64,000 nucleotides of DNA from an uncultured Gemmatimonadales bacterium (GTDB lineage: Bacteria > Gemmatimonadota > Gemmatimonadetes > Gemmatimonadales > GWC2-71-9): NCBI GenBank assembly GCA_963798915.1, contig CAWCVB010000001.1:128001-192000 (forward strand), in the 5' to 3' direction. Positions 9,168 to 19,980 of the stretch are shown one piece after another. The position numbers were made by a program, and so were the translations under genes. Every line of letters starts with the position of its first letter. The stretch's first letter is position 1. Under the pieces are notes generated by a model. That model did no database searches. It was not told the DNA's origin and was given only the letters and a program-made list of their open reading frames with translations.

Positions 9168-12100
9168 TCATGGATTCCCGCGTTCGCGGGAATGACGATG
9201 AAACATGAACTTGGCCGCCGCGCCCGTCCTGACCGTCCTGCCCGCCCAGTTTCCCCTCACCATCGCCGGCACCACGAACATCGCCCCGATCGTGCCAGCG
9301 AGGGTGCCGCCCGCCGTGGCCAGGGCAATGGCGCCGAAGAGACTATCGGCGTCGGTGCCGATGGCAAGCGGCAGCAGACTCGCCAGCGTCGTCAGCGTCA
9401 CCATGATGATCATCCCCGCGCGATCTTCGGCTGCCTGCACCACCTGCGCAACGCTCAGCCCTGCCCGCCCAGTCCGCCCGGCCCGTCTTGTCTCCAGCGC
9501 CGCGTCCACCAGCAGAATTGATTGATTGACCGCGAGTCCCACTACCAGAATGACGCCCACTGCCGCCTCGCGGGTAAAGGCATTGCCCGTGAGCCAGAAT
9601 GCCGCCACCACTCCGCCCAGTGCCAGCGGCAAGCTGAGGAAGATCATGGCCGCCGCCCAGATCGAGTCAAAGACGAGCGCCACTGACAGAATCACCAGGA
9701 CCACACCGATGCCGAAGACCAGCCAGAGTCCCTTGGCGCTGTCATCGGGACTCCAGGCAAATTCGTCGTCGCCCACGGAATAGCCTGGCGGCACGGTAAT
9801 GCTCGCCATGAAGGCCTTGTGAGTGCGTTCCGCGAGCTTGGGCGGCCCCCGGAATTCATAGCTCACGATCCGAAGGTACTGCTGGTCCTCCCGGCTCACC
9901 GTGCCAAGCCCGGTGGCCTCATCCACGGCGGCAAGATCGCGGATGCGGACCGGTGCGTCTGATGGCGAGGGCACGATGGCCTGGCGCAAGTCGTCGAGCG
10001 AGCGCGTCTGGGCGCCGACGCGCTCCACGCTTACGGGCAGCTCCTCGTCGCCGATCTGCAGCTTCATGGCCGTGGGCCCGCCGGCCAGTTCGCGCGCCAC
10101 GGCGCCGGCAAAGTCGCCGGCCGTCACGCCATAGCGAGCCAGCGCCGCGCGATCGGGGTCCAGCACCACACTGACCGTGCGCTCGGAGCGCCAGCTCGCC
10201 GCGTTGATGTCCACGTTCCGGACCCGCGGGATCCGTTCCAGCCGCCCCTTGAGATCGAGTGCCAGCTGCTCCACACCGTCGAACGAGTAGCCCAGCAACT
10301 TGATCCGGTAGCTGGACATCCCACCGCCCCCACTGCCACCGTAATAGCCCGGCCCCTGCGGCGGTTGGACTGAGACCTGGGCCCCACCGATGAGGAGGGC
10401 GCGCTGGGTCAGCTTCTCGTAGAGCTCGTACGGAAGGGGACCGAGTCCTGCCTCGCGTTCAAAAACGACGGTCATCCGGGCGCCGTCCGGCGACCCCTGG
10501 CTCTGGACTTCATCGACGCCGGGCACGCCCACGACGATCGCCTCAAACTCGCGCATGCCGCGGTCCAGACTTTCGGGGTCTGACCCACGTGGAAAGCTGA
10601 GCCCGGCCGAAAGGGTCGTGCGCGCGTCAGGCCCAAAGCTCCAGCTCGACCTCGGCACCTTCTTGATGAAGCCCCACGTGAGCACCCCCACTGCGGCGGC
10701 CGCGAACGACAGGGTGACCCAGCGCCAGCGCACCAGGCCCCCGACCGCCTTTCCATATATATGGCGCAGCCGGGACGACCCTGACCGGTGGATCCCATGG
10801 CCGGCGCCCAGGGCCGGCACCATGATGAGCGCCGAGAGCACTGACCAGGCCAGCGCGAGGGCAAACGCGGCGGCAAAGGGGATGAAGGCCGCCCGTGCGT
10901 TCCCTTGCAGATAAAGAAACGGAAAGAGCACGACCGCCGTGGTGAGCGTGGCGCCCACGACGGCCGGCATGATCCGCCGGCCCGCTTCCGCTCGTCCGTC
11001 CGGCGTGTCCTCCGCGGTCCGCAGCCGTTCCACCACGACCAGGCCGTTGTCCACCAGAATGCCGATGCCCATGCCCAGGCCGGCCAGGGTGAGCAGGTTC
11101 GCAGGAATGTGAAGCAGGTACAGCCCGAGCGAGGTACCGGCGATCGCCACGGCAGCGCTGCCCATCACCAGCGCCACCGACTTGACATTGCGCAGCGCGA
11201 TGCCGAGCACCAGCAGCACGACGCCAAAGGCGATGGCGCCCCGCAGCATCAGCTCATTGAGCTGCCTGGCCAGCTCGACACTTTCGTCGTCCTGCAGCGT
11301 GAGGACCACGCCGGGCGGGAGGAGCCGGGTGACGTTGGCCACCTCCGCCTTGACCCGTGCGGCCGTCTTGATCGCGTCGGCACCGGGAAGGCGCGAGACC
11401 GAGAGCGCCACCGCCGTTTCGCCATTGAGACGATAGAATCGCCCGCGGTTATCCTCCGACGGGCGCACCGTCGCGAGCTCACCGAGTCGAAACACCCCGC
11501 CGCCCGGGCCGACAATGGGCAGCTTCTCGAGGTCGGACAGACTGCCGGGCTCATCGCGCACCACCACCGCGCTCTGGGTGGCACCTTGCTGTTCTTCGCC
11601 CAGCGCCTGCACCACGCGCGCGTTCTGCACCGCTGTCCGGATGGCGACCGGCGAGATCCCCAGCTGGCGCAGTCGCGAGCCATCGTATGACACCGTGACG
11701 CCCGGCGTGGCGCCACCGTAGGAATTGACACCGCTCACGCCCTCGACCGCCTGGAGCCGGGGTTTGGCGATATCGTTGCTGATCTTGAGCAATGCGCCCG
11801 GTGTGTAGGGCCCCGCCATGGTATACCGCAGCAGCGGCTGTTCCTGCAGATCGTCGGGAACGTAGTTCAAGACCTGGGGCGGCGAGACGCCGGGAGGGAA
11901 ATCACCGCGAATCGCTTCCAGGCGTTCGTGAATGGCGAGTCGCGCCATCTGCACGTCCGTTTCCGGCTCCAGCTCCACCGTGATCATGGCGGAGCCCTCG
12001 CTCGATTCGCTGCTGGTCTTCTTGACGCCGCGCACCGGCTGGATCGCTGCCTCGACGGGCGACGTAACGTAGGTCTCCATCAGCTCGGCGGAGACACCGG

Positions 12101-12248
12101 GCCAGCTGGAGGAGATCTGGAGACGTGGCAGCTCGACGGTGGTACGGGTGGCAAGCGGGAGACGGGTGAAGGCCACGCCGCCGGCCAGCAGCAGCGAGAA
12201 CGCGATGGCCCAGATAACGGCCGGGCGGTGCGCGGCCCAGCGAATCAC
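9168..12248 (-). CDS. RND efflux transporter permease (AcrB/MdtC-like)
   Basis: RND topology, NLLTLAGL...GILVDN; GTG start overlaps the upstream stop; C-terminus runs into a REP element. Confidence 0.9.
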   Translation of the reverse strand: MIRWAAHRPAVIWAIAFSLLLAGGVAFTRLPLATRTTVELPRLQISSSWPGVSAELMETYVTSPVEAAIQPVRGVKKTSSESSEGSAMITVELEPETDVQMARLAIHERLEAIRGDFPPGVSPPQVLNYVPDDLQEQPLLRYTMAGPYTPGALLKISNDIAKPRLQAVEGVSGVNSYGGATPGVTVSYDGSRLRQLGISPVAIRTAVQNARVVQALGEEQQGATQSAVVVRDEPGSLSDLEKLPIVGPGGGVFRLGELATVRPSEDNRGRFYRLNGETAVALSVSRLPGADAIKTAARVKAEVANVTRLLPPGVVLTLQDDESVELARQLNELMLRGAIAFGVVLLVLGIALRNVKSVALVMGSAAVAIAGTSLGLYLLHIPANLLTLAGLGMGIGILVDNGLVVVERLRTAEDTPDGRAEAGRRIMPAVVGATLTTAVVLFPFLYLQGNARAAFIPFAAAFALALAWSVLSALIMVPALGAGHGIHRSGSSRLRHIYGKAVGGLVRWRWVTLSFAAAAVGVLTWGFIKKVPRSSWSFGPDARTTLSAGLSFPRGSDPESLDRGMREFEAIVVGVPGVDEVQSQGSPDGARMTVVFEREAGLGPLPYELYEKLTQRALLIGGAQVSVQPPQGPGYYGGSGGGGMSSYRIKLLGYSFDGVEQLALDLKGRLERIPRVRNVDINAASWRSERTVSVVLDPDRAALARYGVTAGDFAGAVARELAGGPTAMKLQIGDEELPVSVERVGAQTRSLDDLRQAIVPSPSDAPVRIRDLAAVDEATGLGTVSREDQQYLRIVSYEFRGPPKLAERTHKAFMASITVPPGYSVGDDEFAWSPDDSAKGLWLVFGIGVVLVILSVALVFDSIWAAAMIFLSLPLALGGVVAAFWLTGNAFTREAAVGVILVVGLAVNQSILLVDAALETRRAGRTGRAGLSVAQVVQAAEDRAGMIIMVTLTTLASLLPLAIGTDADSLFGAIALATAGGTLAGTIGAMFVVPAMVRGNWAGRTVRTGAAAKFMFHRHSRERGNP

Positions 12249-15200
12249 GTTGCCTCCACCGCCTTGCCCACCGCGGCTGACCGGCGCGCGCGCCGGCGCT
12301 CCCGCCAACGCTCGGTCACGGAGTACGCCGTCGGTAGCAGGAAGAACGTGACCAGCGTCGCCGTCACCGAGCCGCCGATGATGCCGGCGGCAAGGGGCTG
12401 ATAGAGCTCACCACCACTGCCAATGCCGAGCACCAGCGGGAGCACGCCCACCACGGTGGTAAGCGACGTCATGGTGATGGCGCGGAGCCGCTGCATGCCC
12501 CCCGCCAGGATGGCGTCATTGATCGAATACCCCTCGGCGCGGAAGCGGCGGATGGCATCGAGCTTTACCACCGCATCGTTGTCCGCGATACCGATCATCA
12601 CCACCATGCCGATGAGCGAGACGGCGTTGAGACTCTGTCCCGTGATCCAGAGGACAAAGATTCCGCCCGCCGCCGCCAGCGGCACGGTGAGCATCACCAG
12701 CAGCGGCGTGGTGAAGCTGCCGAACTCGCCGGCCAGCACCAGGAAGACCAGCGCCACCGACAGAATGGCGACCACCGTGAGTTCTTTGGTGGTGCGGCGC
12801 TGTTCCACGTCGGCGCCGGTCACCTGCCAGGTGATACCGGAAGGCGGACTGAGGGTCGAGAGCAGTGACTCCACGTCGCTGGACGCCCGTGCTGTGCCGC
12901 CCTGCTCCACCACGCCTTCGACGATATTCACTGGCCGCTGGCCGGAGCGCACCACTTCGACTGGAGCCTGCACCTCCTCCACCTGCACGAGCTGGCCCAC
13001 CGGGACGCCGTTCACCGGCGTGGCCAGGGCGGTCTGGAGGTCCTCGTTGAGCGCGCCGGCAAAGCGCACGCGAATGGGAATGCGGCGGTCGGTGAGCCGC
13101 AGTTCATCGGCGGCAACGCCGCCCAGGCCGCCCGCCAGTGCGTTGACCACCTCCTGCACCGCGATGCCGCGCTGGGCCATGCGGCCGCGCAGCAGGGTCA
13201 CTTCGAGCTGGGGCTGGGTGCTGCTGTAGGCGGCGCGGACGTCGGCCAGGGTGGGCAGCTTCTCCATCAACGTCTGGATGCTGTCGGCCCACCGGTCGGC
13301 ATCCGCCGAATGGGTCGCCGAGACTTCCACCTTGACCAGCCGTCCCTCCCGGCCAATCAGGCTCCCGAACTCCGACTGGCCGGCGAGGTCGAGCGCAAGC
13401 GAGCCCGCTGCGAGATCCGGCACCGCGGCACGCAGCGCATCAGCAAAGTTGCCGGCGTCCTTGCCGTCCGGTACGGGAATGATCAGCTGCGCCGAGGCGG
13501 AGGTGCCGGGATCGGCGCCGGAGAGCACCTCTTCATCGGTGGCCTGGCCGATGCGGGCGTAGATACCGGAGGAGCCAAGCTTTTCCGCGGCATCCACGAT
13601 GCGCCTCGCCTGGCGCATCGTCTCCTCGATGGCGGTCCCCTCGGCGAGCCGCACGTCGGCCACCACGGTGCCTTCGTCCACGCGGGGAAGAATTTCACGC
13701 GGCAGCCGCATGGCCACGAGCGCCGTCACGATCACCAGCCCCAGCGCCATGCCGAACACCGCGCGCGGATGTGCCAGGGACCAGATCATCCCGTGTTCGT
13801 ACCATCGCACGGGGGCGGGCACGCGCGCGGGAGGGGCAAAGGCTAGCCTTTGCCCCTCCCGCGCGCGGCGGCGCGATTTCATCATCATCACCGGCATCAG
13901 CGTGAGGGCCAGCACCAGGGAGGCGGCGAGCGACATCACCACGCTGAGCGAGAGATCGCGGAAGAGCGCCGCGGCGAGCCCGCGCACAAAGACGATCGGC
14001 CCGAACACCAGCAGGGTAGTGAGCGTGCCGGCGATCAGCGGGCCGCTCACTTCCTCGGTGGCGCGGCGGGCGGCCTCCATGGCTGGCACGCCCCGCTCGC
14101 GATATCGCCCGGTGGCCTCGGCCACCACGATCGCATTGTCCACCAGCAGGCCGACACCGAGGGCGAGCCCGCCGAGGGAGAGGATATTGATCGTGACATC
14201 GAGGAGCTGGAGAATCACCAGCGCCACCAGCACCGACAGCGGCACGATCAGCCCGATGGCGAGCGAGGCGCGCCAGTCCTTGAGAAAGAAGAGAATCACC
14301 AGCAGTGAAAGAATCCCGCCGGCGATGATCTCCTGGGAGAGGTTGCCGAGGGCATCGTTGACAAACCGCGCCTGCGCCGCCACCACGTGCATCTTGACGT
14401 CGGGGAATTCTTCTTCCAGCTGACTGATGGATTGATACATCCCGCGGGTCACGGCCACCGTGTTGGAGCCGGCGTCCTTGTAGACCACGAGGCCCACGGC
14501 GGCCTTCCCGTCCAGCAGCGTCTCGGTGCGCGGGTCGGCGGTGGTGAGCGACACCGTGGCGAGGTCGGAGAGCTTGATGCCGGAGCCGGCCGGCCCCACC
14601 GGTGTCTCGCCGATTTCCTGCGGGGTTCGAAACTCCGCAAAGGTGCGCACCGAGAAGCGGAACTGGCCTCGGCGGATAGTGCCGCCCGGTGTGCTCCGGT
14701 TGGCATTTTCAACTGCGGTGGCGATTTCGTCGGGATTGAGGCCCAGCGCCCGCATCCGTTCGGGATCCACCTCGATCCGGATCTCGTCTTCCGGCGCACC
14801 CACTACGGCCACACTGGCCACGCCATCGAGCTGCTCCAGCCGGCGGCTGTGCACGTCACGCGCGGTGTTGGCAATGGAGCGGAGGTCGCCGGGGCCGGTG
14901 AGCGCCAGCACGGCGATGGGGCGTTCCCCCGGATCGCTGGTGAGCAGCGTGGGCCGGTCGGCCCCTTCCGGCAGCGCGCCGCGGGCGTTGTCGAGCCGCT
15001 CGCGCACGGTGAGCACCGTGCCCGCCATGTCGGTGCCCCAGGCAAAGCGTGCGGTGGTGGTCACCTCCCCGTTCCGGCTCACACTGCGGAGGTCCACCAG
15101 TCCTGGTGTCGCCGCGATGGCCTGTTCGATCGGCTCGGCGACGAGGCGGGATACTTCGGTCGCGGCGGCACCGGAGTAGGCAGTGCGGATGGTAAGCACC

Positions 15201-15328
15201 GGCAGGGTCACGTCGGGGAGCAGCGATACCGGCAGCCGGCCGATCGAGATGATGCCAAGCAGCACCACCGCGATGGTGGCGGCAATGGTACTGACCGGGC
15301 GGCGCAGTGCGGCGGAGGCGAGGGACAA
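12245..15328 (-). CDS. RND efflux transporter permease (AcrB/MdtB-like)
   Basis: ALRRPV start, NILSLGGLALGVGLLVDNAIVV, RLRAITMTSLTT. Confidence 0.92.
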   Translation of the reverse strand: MSLASAALRRPVSTIAATIAVVLLGIISIGRLPVSLLPDVTLPVLTIRTAYSGAAATEVSRLVAEPIEQAIAATPGLVDLRSVSRNGEVTTTARFAWGTDMAGTVLTVRERLDNARGALPEGADRPTLLTSDPGERPIAVLALTGPGDLRSIANTARDVHSRRLEQLDGVASVAVVGAPEDEIRIEVDPERMRALGLNPDEIATAVENANRSTPGGTIRRGQFRFSVRTFAEFRTPQEIGETPVGPAGSGIKLSDLATVSLTTADPRTETLLDGKAAVGLVVYKDAGSNTVAVTRGMYQSISQLEEEFPDVKMHVVAAQARFVNDALGNLSQEIIAGGILSLLVILFFLKDWRASLAIGLIVPLSVLVALVILQLLDVTINILSLGGLALGVGLLVDNAIVVAEATGRYRERGVPAMEAARRATEEVSGPLIAGTLTTLLVFGPIVFVRGLAAALFRDLSLSVVMSLAASLVLALTLMPVMMMKSRRRAREGQRLAFAPPARVPAPVRWYEHGMIWSLAHPRAVFGMALGLVIVTALVAMRLPREILPRVDEGTVVADVRLAEGTAIEETMRQARRIVDAAEKLGSSGIYARIGQATDEEVLSGADPGTSASAQLIIPVPDGKDAGNFADALRAAVPDLAAGSLALDLAGQSEFGSLIGREGRLVKVEVSATHSADADRWADSIQTLMEKLPTLADVRAAYSSTQPQLEVTLLRGRMAQRGIAVQEVVNALAGGLGGVAADELRLTDRRIPIRVRFAGALNEDLQTALATPVNGVPVGQLVQVEEVQAPVEVVRSGQRPVNIVEGVVEQGGTARASSDVESLLSTLSPPSGITWQVTGADVEQRRTTKELTVVAILSVALVFLVLAGEFGSFTTPLLVMLTVPLAAAGGIFVLWITGQSLNAVSLIGMVVMIGIADNDAVVKLDAIRRFRAEGYSINDAILAGGMQRLRAITMTSLTTVVGVLPLVLGIGSGGELYQPLAAGIIGGSVTATLVTFFLLPTAYSVTERWRERRRARRSAAVGKAVEAT

Positions 15329-15506
15329 GGAGTTGGGGGTTAGGGGTTAGCGATTGGCGGTCGTCGGTCTTCAGTCGTCGGTCGTCAGCATGTGGCATCC
15401 CTACTGGATTCCTCGCTGCGCTCGGAATGACACATAGAAGAATCGACGCCTGACGATCGACGACTGACGACAGACGACCGAAGACTCGCGGTTGTCGACC
15501 GTCGAC

Positions 15507-16622
15507 CTAATCCTTCGCCTCCTCCACATCCCGCCGCATCTCCACCTTCACCGGTGCATCATGCGTGAGCGTGAGATGGCCCGAGATGAGCACCGTGTCG
15601 CCGGGCGCCACCGGAATCTCGTTGCTGGCGGAATCCGGCAGGATGACCGTCTCCATGCCGTTGGATCGGCCGGGATTCACATAGGTCCACTTGGCCCGGC
15701 CTTCTTTCACCACGAAGACCAGCGGGCGCCCATCGCGCTCGAGCACGGCGGACGCCGGGACAATGATCTCGTTGGGCAGCCGGCTGCTCTCCAGCCGCAC
15801 GTCGGCGTACATGCCGGGGCGGAGCGGACCGGGGTTGGGGAGACTCACGATCACCTTGCCGGCGCGGGTGGTGCTGTCCACCAGCGGGAGCACGGCGGCG
15901 ATGCGGCCTTCGATGACGCGATCAGGAACTGCCGCCGTCGTGATGCGGGCCCGGCCACCTTGTTTGACCAGCGGGAGATCGTGTTCCAACACACTGGCTT
16001 CGAGCCGCATGCTGGCGAGACTCACCACGGTGGCGAGTTCGTCGCCAGCGGAGACCCGGGTGCCGGCTGCCACCGGCACGGCGTCAATCACGCCGCTGAA
16101 TGGGGCGGTGACGACGGCGCGGTCGCGGTCCAGCTTGGCCTTTTCGAGCTGGACCCGGGCGGCGGCGAGGCCGGAACGCGCCAGCGCATTCTGGCGGCGC
16201 TCCTTGGTCGGCGCCTGTCCTGAGACAATCGAGTCGGGGACGATGTTGTCGGTGTACTGCACCTGGGCCTGCGCCACCGCCGCCTCGGCCGACTGCACGT
16301 CCAGATCGAACGGGCGCGGATCGTACCGCACCAGTGTCTGGCCCTTGGACACGTGCTGGCCCGACTTCACCAGCACATCGGCGATGGTGCCCGGCACCTC
16401 GGCGCGGAGCCTGGCCACGTCGGCGCGGACCTGGCCATTGGTCGCGACGGTGAGGACCAGGTCGCCCTTCCGGACCACATCCCCCACCACCGGGAGCGAG
16501 AGGGTGCTGGCGCTGCGGGTGGCGGTGGAATCCGCCGTCGGACCGTCGGCCGCGCCCTTCTTGCAGGCGGACAGCGGCAGCAGCAGCGCGGCGGAGAGGG
16601 GGAGCAGGTCCCGCAGGGTCAT
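15507..16622 (-). CDS. RND periplasmic adaptor (MFP) lipoprotein
   Basis: Lipobox LSAC, VTAPFSGVI, LRPGMYADV, IVPASAV. Confidence 0.9.
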   Translation of the reverse strand: MTLRDLLPLSAALLLPLSACKKGAADGPTADSTATRSASTLSLPVVGDVVRKGDLVLTVATNGQVRADVARLRAEVPGTIADVLVKSGQHVSKGQTLVRYDPRPFDLDVQSAEAAVAQAQVQYTDNIVPDSIVSGQAPTKERRQNALARSGLAAARVQLEKAKLDRDRAVVTAPFSGVIDAVPVAAGTRVSAGDELATVVSLASMRLEASVLEHDLPLVKQGGRARITTAAVPDRVIEGRIAAVLPLVDSTTRAGKVIVSLPNPGPLRPGMYADVRLESSRLPNEIIVPASAVLERDGRPLVFVVKEGRAKWTYVNPGRSNGMETVILPDSASNEIPVAPGDTVLISGHLTLTHDAPVKVEMRRDVEEAKD

Positions 16623-16697
16623 CGGGGAGTCCGGGAATGGGAACGCGGGTCGCGTCGGGGCAGAGCCATGGCTCTGACCGTACGAGGGTCGAGGGAA

Positions 16698-16860
16698 CCG
16701 AAACTCGCCCATTTGTCATTCCCGCGAACTTCCCGCTTTCGCGGGAATGACGGGGAATCCATGAGGGCTCACCCCAGGTGAGTCGCCCCGCCCGCAATGG
16801 TCGCGGGTCACTCGACCCGAGACCCGAGACCCGAGACCCGAGACCCGAGACCCGAGACCC
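16698..16860. repeat. Composite repeat: CCGAAACTCGCCCA, GTCA-type REP, then about six ACCCGAG units
   Basis: Directly visible; related to elements at 32855 and 40448. Confidence 0.8.
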
Positions 16861-16933
16861 CAAAAAGATGCGCCCAAGGCCTCAATGGTTGCTCAACGGG
16901 TGGCTCCGAGATACAGGGCACAATGGGACGCCA

Positions 16934-17650
16934 TCAGAAGCCTGTCAACTCTGGTTGACCCGCCCCCCCCCCGACGCCCCCCCGAGGGAAGCGCGCTTCG
17001 AGTCGGAGCGCCGCCTCCACCCGCCACTCCCAGCCGACGCGGTGGCTGAACTCGTGGAGGGATACATCCAGACAGGTGCGGACGCGATGCCGCAGAGTTC
17101 GCACATCCATGTCATAGCGCCCGGCCAATCCTTCCGCCGATTCATGCGCGGCCGTTTTTATTTTCGCGAGCTGAATCACCCATTCCCAGTGCCGGGGACT
17201 GAAGTGATTGCCCTGGCTGAAACGGCGACGCACTGAGCGGCGAGACAGCTCATTGCGTCCCTCCGCCACGAGTAGCCGAAGATGGGCCGCCAGCTTTTCC
17301 TGACCCGGGCGAGAGTCCACATAACGAAGCACTTCGGTAGCCGTCGGAGGCCGGCGGTTGCGGATGGCCGAGAGAGGACTCATGCCTGGTTTCAGAAAGA
17401 CGGGCACGCCGGGCAGCGACGAGACGGCGTCATACAGCTTGTCCAGATCCACTCTGGGGGTGTCGTCGGGCTGTTTCACAACGAGGCTGCACCAAGGAGC
17501 GGAGCCACGGACACCGAGCAGCGCCTGAATGCTCGCATGATCTGACCTGAACGGCCACAGTAGGATCGAGCCCAAGGGAGGGTCGGCGTGCCACGGCGAT
17601 TCGTCTAAGTAAGGCGGGACCAATAGCTTGCAGGCGAACAACGGGGGCAT
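16934..17650 (-). CDS. Putative transcriptional regulator with AraC-like double HTH
   Basis: GGAG RBS; C-terminal LSRRSVRRRF...SPRHW...SAEGLAGRYDMDVRTLRHRVR pattern. Confidence 0.5.
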   Translation of the reverse strand: MPPLFACKLLVPPYLDESPWHADPPLGSILLWPFRSDHASIQALLGVRGSAPWCSLVVKQPDDTPRVDLDKLYDAVSSLPGVPVFLKPGMSPLSAIRNRRPPTATEVLRYVDSRPGQEKLAAHLRLLVAEGRNELSRRSVRRRFSQGNHFSPRHWEWVIQLAKIKTAAHESAEGLAGRYDMDVRTLRHRVRTCLDVSLHEFSHRVGWEWRVEAALRLEARFPRGGVGGGAGQPELTGF

Positions 17651-18074
17651 TGCTCACTCCGAGTGCGATCTGGAAGCCTCCATAGTAGGGAACGCCGCAT
17701 CACGGCGATACTGGGTTTTTCCCAATTCCGATAACTTTCCTCGGAATTCGCGATTCCGGGCAGGCGGTCCACAGGCAAGAAACGGCAGGATCTGGCCGGA
17801 GTCGGTATTCCTCGGTGCGATGGCTGCGCATTAAAGTGGATGCGCTTGAAGATTTCTCTGATATGCCTGGCCTTCTTAAGTCAGCGTAGCCACCGCAGGC
17901 ACCGAACTTTGCAACTGTAAGCGTCACCATGTCTAGCATCACCTCGCCCAGCTGCCGCTACGCACTCTCGCAATCTCGCTTGGCGCCGTCGAGTCCGTCA
18001 GGTATCTGCATGACCAATACTCAGCATCACATCCTAGCACAGTGTCGCAGCTTCATCCATCCATCGGTACTACC

Positions 18075-19139
18075 ATGAACCTGTATTCCTCGGCTCACAT
18101 TGTGGCGCTCCTCCTTCCAGTATCGCTGGCTTGTGCCGGTGAACGGAGGCCCGCAGAGACTGCCGCTATCGATAGTCCAATGCAGCCACCAGCCTTCGCA
18201 CTCCACCCGATTGGCACCATCCAGGATGACTCCGCCGGTACTTGGAGAATGGGCAAGCCTCGGGCTGTTCAGATGGCCGGGCGCAACACTCTGCTAATCC
18301 TGGATTCAGACTGGAAGCACATTTTGGTCCACGATGCCGCGACGGGCCGTCTTCTCGGAATGATCGGAAACGGCTATGGCGCTGGCCCTGGCGAATTGGC
18401 CCTTCCCGTGGCAATGGTTGTCAGCGACACTCGCGTATACATCCTTGACTATGAACTTCGAAAGGTCAGTGTGTACAAGTTAACCGGTGCCTTTGTACGC
18501 GACATCTCCATCGCCTCCGTACAGGCTCGGGATTTCATTCTGGACCGTGACTCGCTCGTTGTCCGTCTCATGTCGCCCGATTCATCTGGTGCCCTAGCAC
18601 TTTTTGACCTGCGTGGCGATACAGCCATTAGATATGCACATCCCCTTGGCAGCCATGACCGGCAACTGGCTGAAGCGGGGGCTGGCGGCGTCCTTTTAGA
18701 GGCCAATGGTCAATGGCCTTCCGCATACATAAATGGCGACGGGAGCAGCATCACAAGTACTGATGGGTCGGCCCTGCACGGACCACTTGCAGCTACGACC
18801 AAGCTCCATACAACGACAAACGCTGGCGCAGCCTTACCATGGACGATTCCGGAACGCACAGCAATCAGTGCAACGAGGCTGACCAACGGCTGGCTTGTGA
18901 TCCTTGTGTCAGTAATACCTGTGAGCCGTTTGGTGAGCGCTGATAGCGTTCGCGCTGACTATTACCTCAGCGCCTATGATGCGACTTATCGTCCGCTTGG
19001 CTCTGCGATGCTCCGCTTGAATCGGAGTGACCTTCCAGTAGCCGTCGACGCTGGCGCGGCAGATAACGACCTCTATGTCAGCATCGTGGGACCATCGGGC
19101 CGTGTCGAGCACGTCAAGCTCGACCAGCACGACTACTAA
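18075..19139 (+). CDS. 6-bladed beta-propeller lipoprotein #1
   Basis: Lipobox SLAC; IGNGYGAGPGEL; VYILD; visibly lower GC. Confidence 0.78.
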   Translation: MNLYSSAHIVALLLPVSLACAGERRPAETAAIDSPMQPPAFALHPIGTIQDDSAGTWRMGKPRAVQMAGRNTLLILDSDWKHILVHDAATGRLLGMIGNGYGAGPGELALPVAMVVSDTRVYILDYELRKVSVYKLTGAFVRDISIASVQARDFILDRDSLVVRLMSPDSSGALALFDLRGDTAIRYAHPLGSHDRQLAEAGAGGVLLEANGQWPSAYINGDGSSITSTDGSALHGPLAATTKLHTTTNAGAALPWTIPERTAISATRLTNGWLVILVSVIPVSRLVSADSVRADYYLSAYDATYRPLGSAMLRLNRSDLPVAVDAGAADNDLYVSIVGPSGRVEHVKLDQHDY

Positions 19140-19155
19140 TGTGCATGGAGACCAT

Positions 19156-19689
19156 ATGACCACGGCCCTTAAGTTCGCCGTAATCATGGCGCTCGCCTTT
19201 GTTGGTTGGCTTCTCGGTCGACTGTCCCAAGGCCACACCGCTCGCGAGAGTCCATTGATGCTTGCGGTTGGCGAGACGATACCACCTGTTACGCTTAAAG
19301 GCGACGGCGGGCGCTCGATCGGAATTCGAAGCGCGATGGAGGAAGCGGACTCGAGTGTTTTGCTCATCGTATCATCGACGTGCAGCACCTGCATTGGTGA
19401 GCTTGCTTCATGGAATAGCTGGGCCCGTCAGAGCCCATCGCATCACATCACCGTTCTCGTTTATGCGCCGGACTCCTCATGGATAGGCCGTGCCCGAGCT
19501 ATGGTGAAGCCGGTATTCGATTTGAGACGGATCGCAGACAGGAAGACGGTGGACGCTCTCGGTGCGCACTACTCACCTACGGCATATGTCGTTAACCGAG
19601 ACGCGATCGTTCTTTCAGCGTCGCGAGGCATAGCCGCCACGGCCAGACTTAAGACTCGCCTCATGGGACCTGTCTCGAGGCAACCGTGA
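19156..19689 (+). CDS. Membrane-anchored thioredoxin-like (TlpA-type) CxxC protein
   Basis: N-terminal TM segment, GETIPPVTL, SSTCSTC, cis-Pro motif YSPTAYVVN; GGAG RBS. Confidence 0.75.
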   Translation: MTTALKFAVIMALAFVGWLLGRLSQGHTARESPLMLAVGETIPPVTLKGDGGRSIGIRSAMEEADSSVLLIVSSTCSTCIGELASWNSWARQSPSHHITVLVYAPDSSWIGRARAMVKPVFDLRRIADRKTVDALGAHYSPTAYVVNRDAIVLSASRGIAATARLKTRLMGPVSRQP

Positions 19690-19980
19690 CCTGCGAATCG
19701 CATGTGCTGTTTGAACACACTCTGAGATCTCAATGGACGCACTCCCGTCCGCCCTTTGTGGGCGTTTGCGTCGGACAGCAGCGGATTCGTCGCCATCTGG
19801 GCGCCTGAGACGCATGCCGAGGATGCCTCACCTAGTACCTTGGCGCGCCTTCAGGTCTGGACTATCACTCGCGAGTGCGGGCGGGCAATGCATCGGCGTC
19901 CGAGTATGAGCGATCAGGTACGTATGAAGAGCCCTTGCGTGGGGTCGTTCGCTGTGTCATCTAGAAGGAGGTGAGAGATA

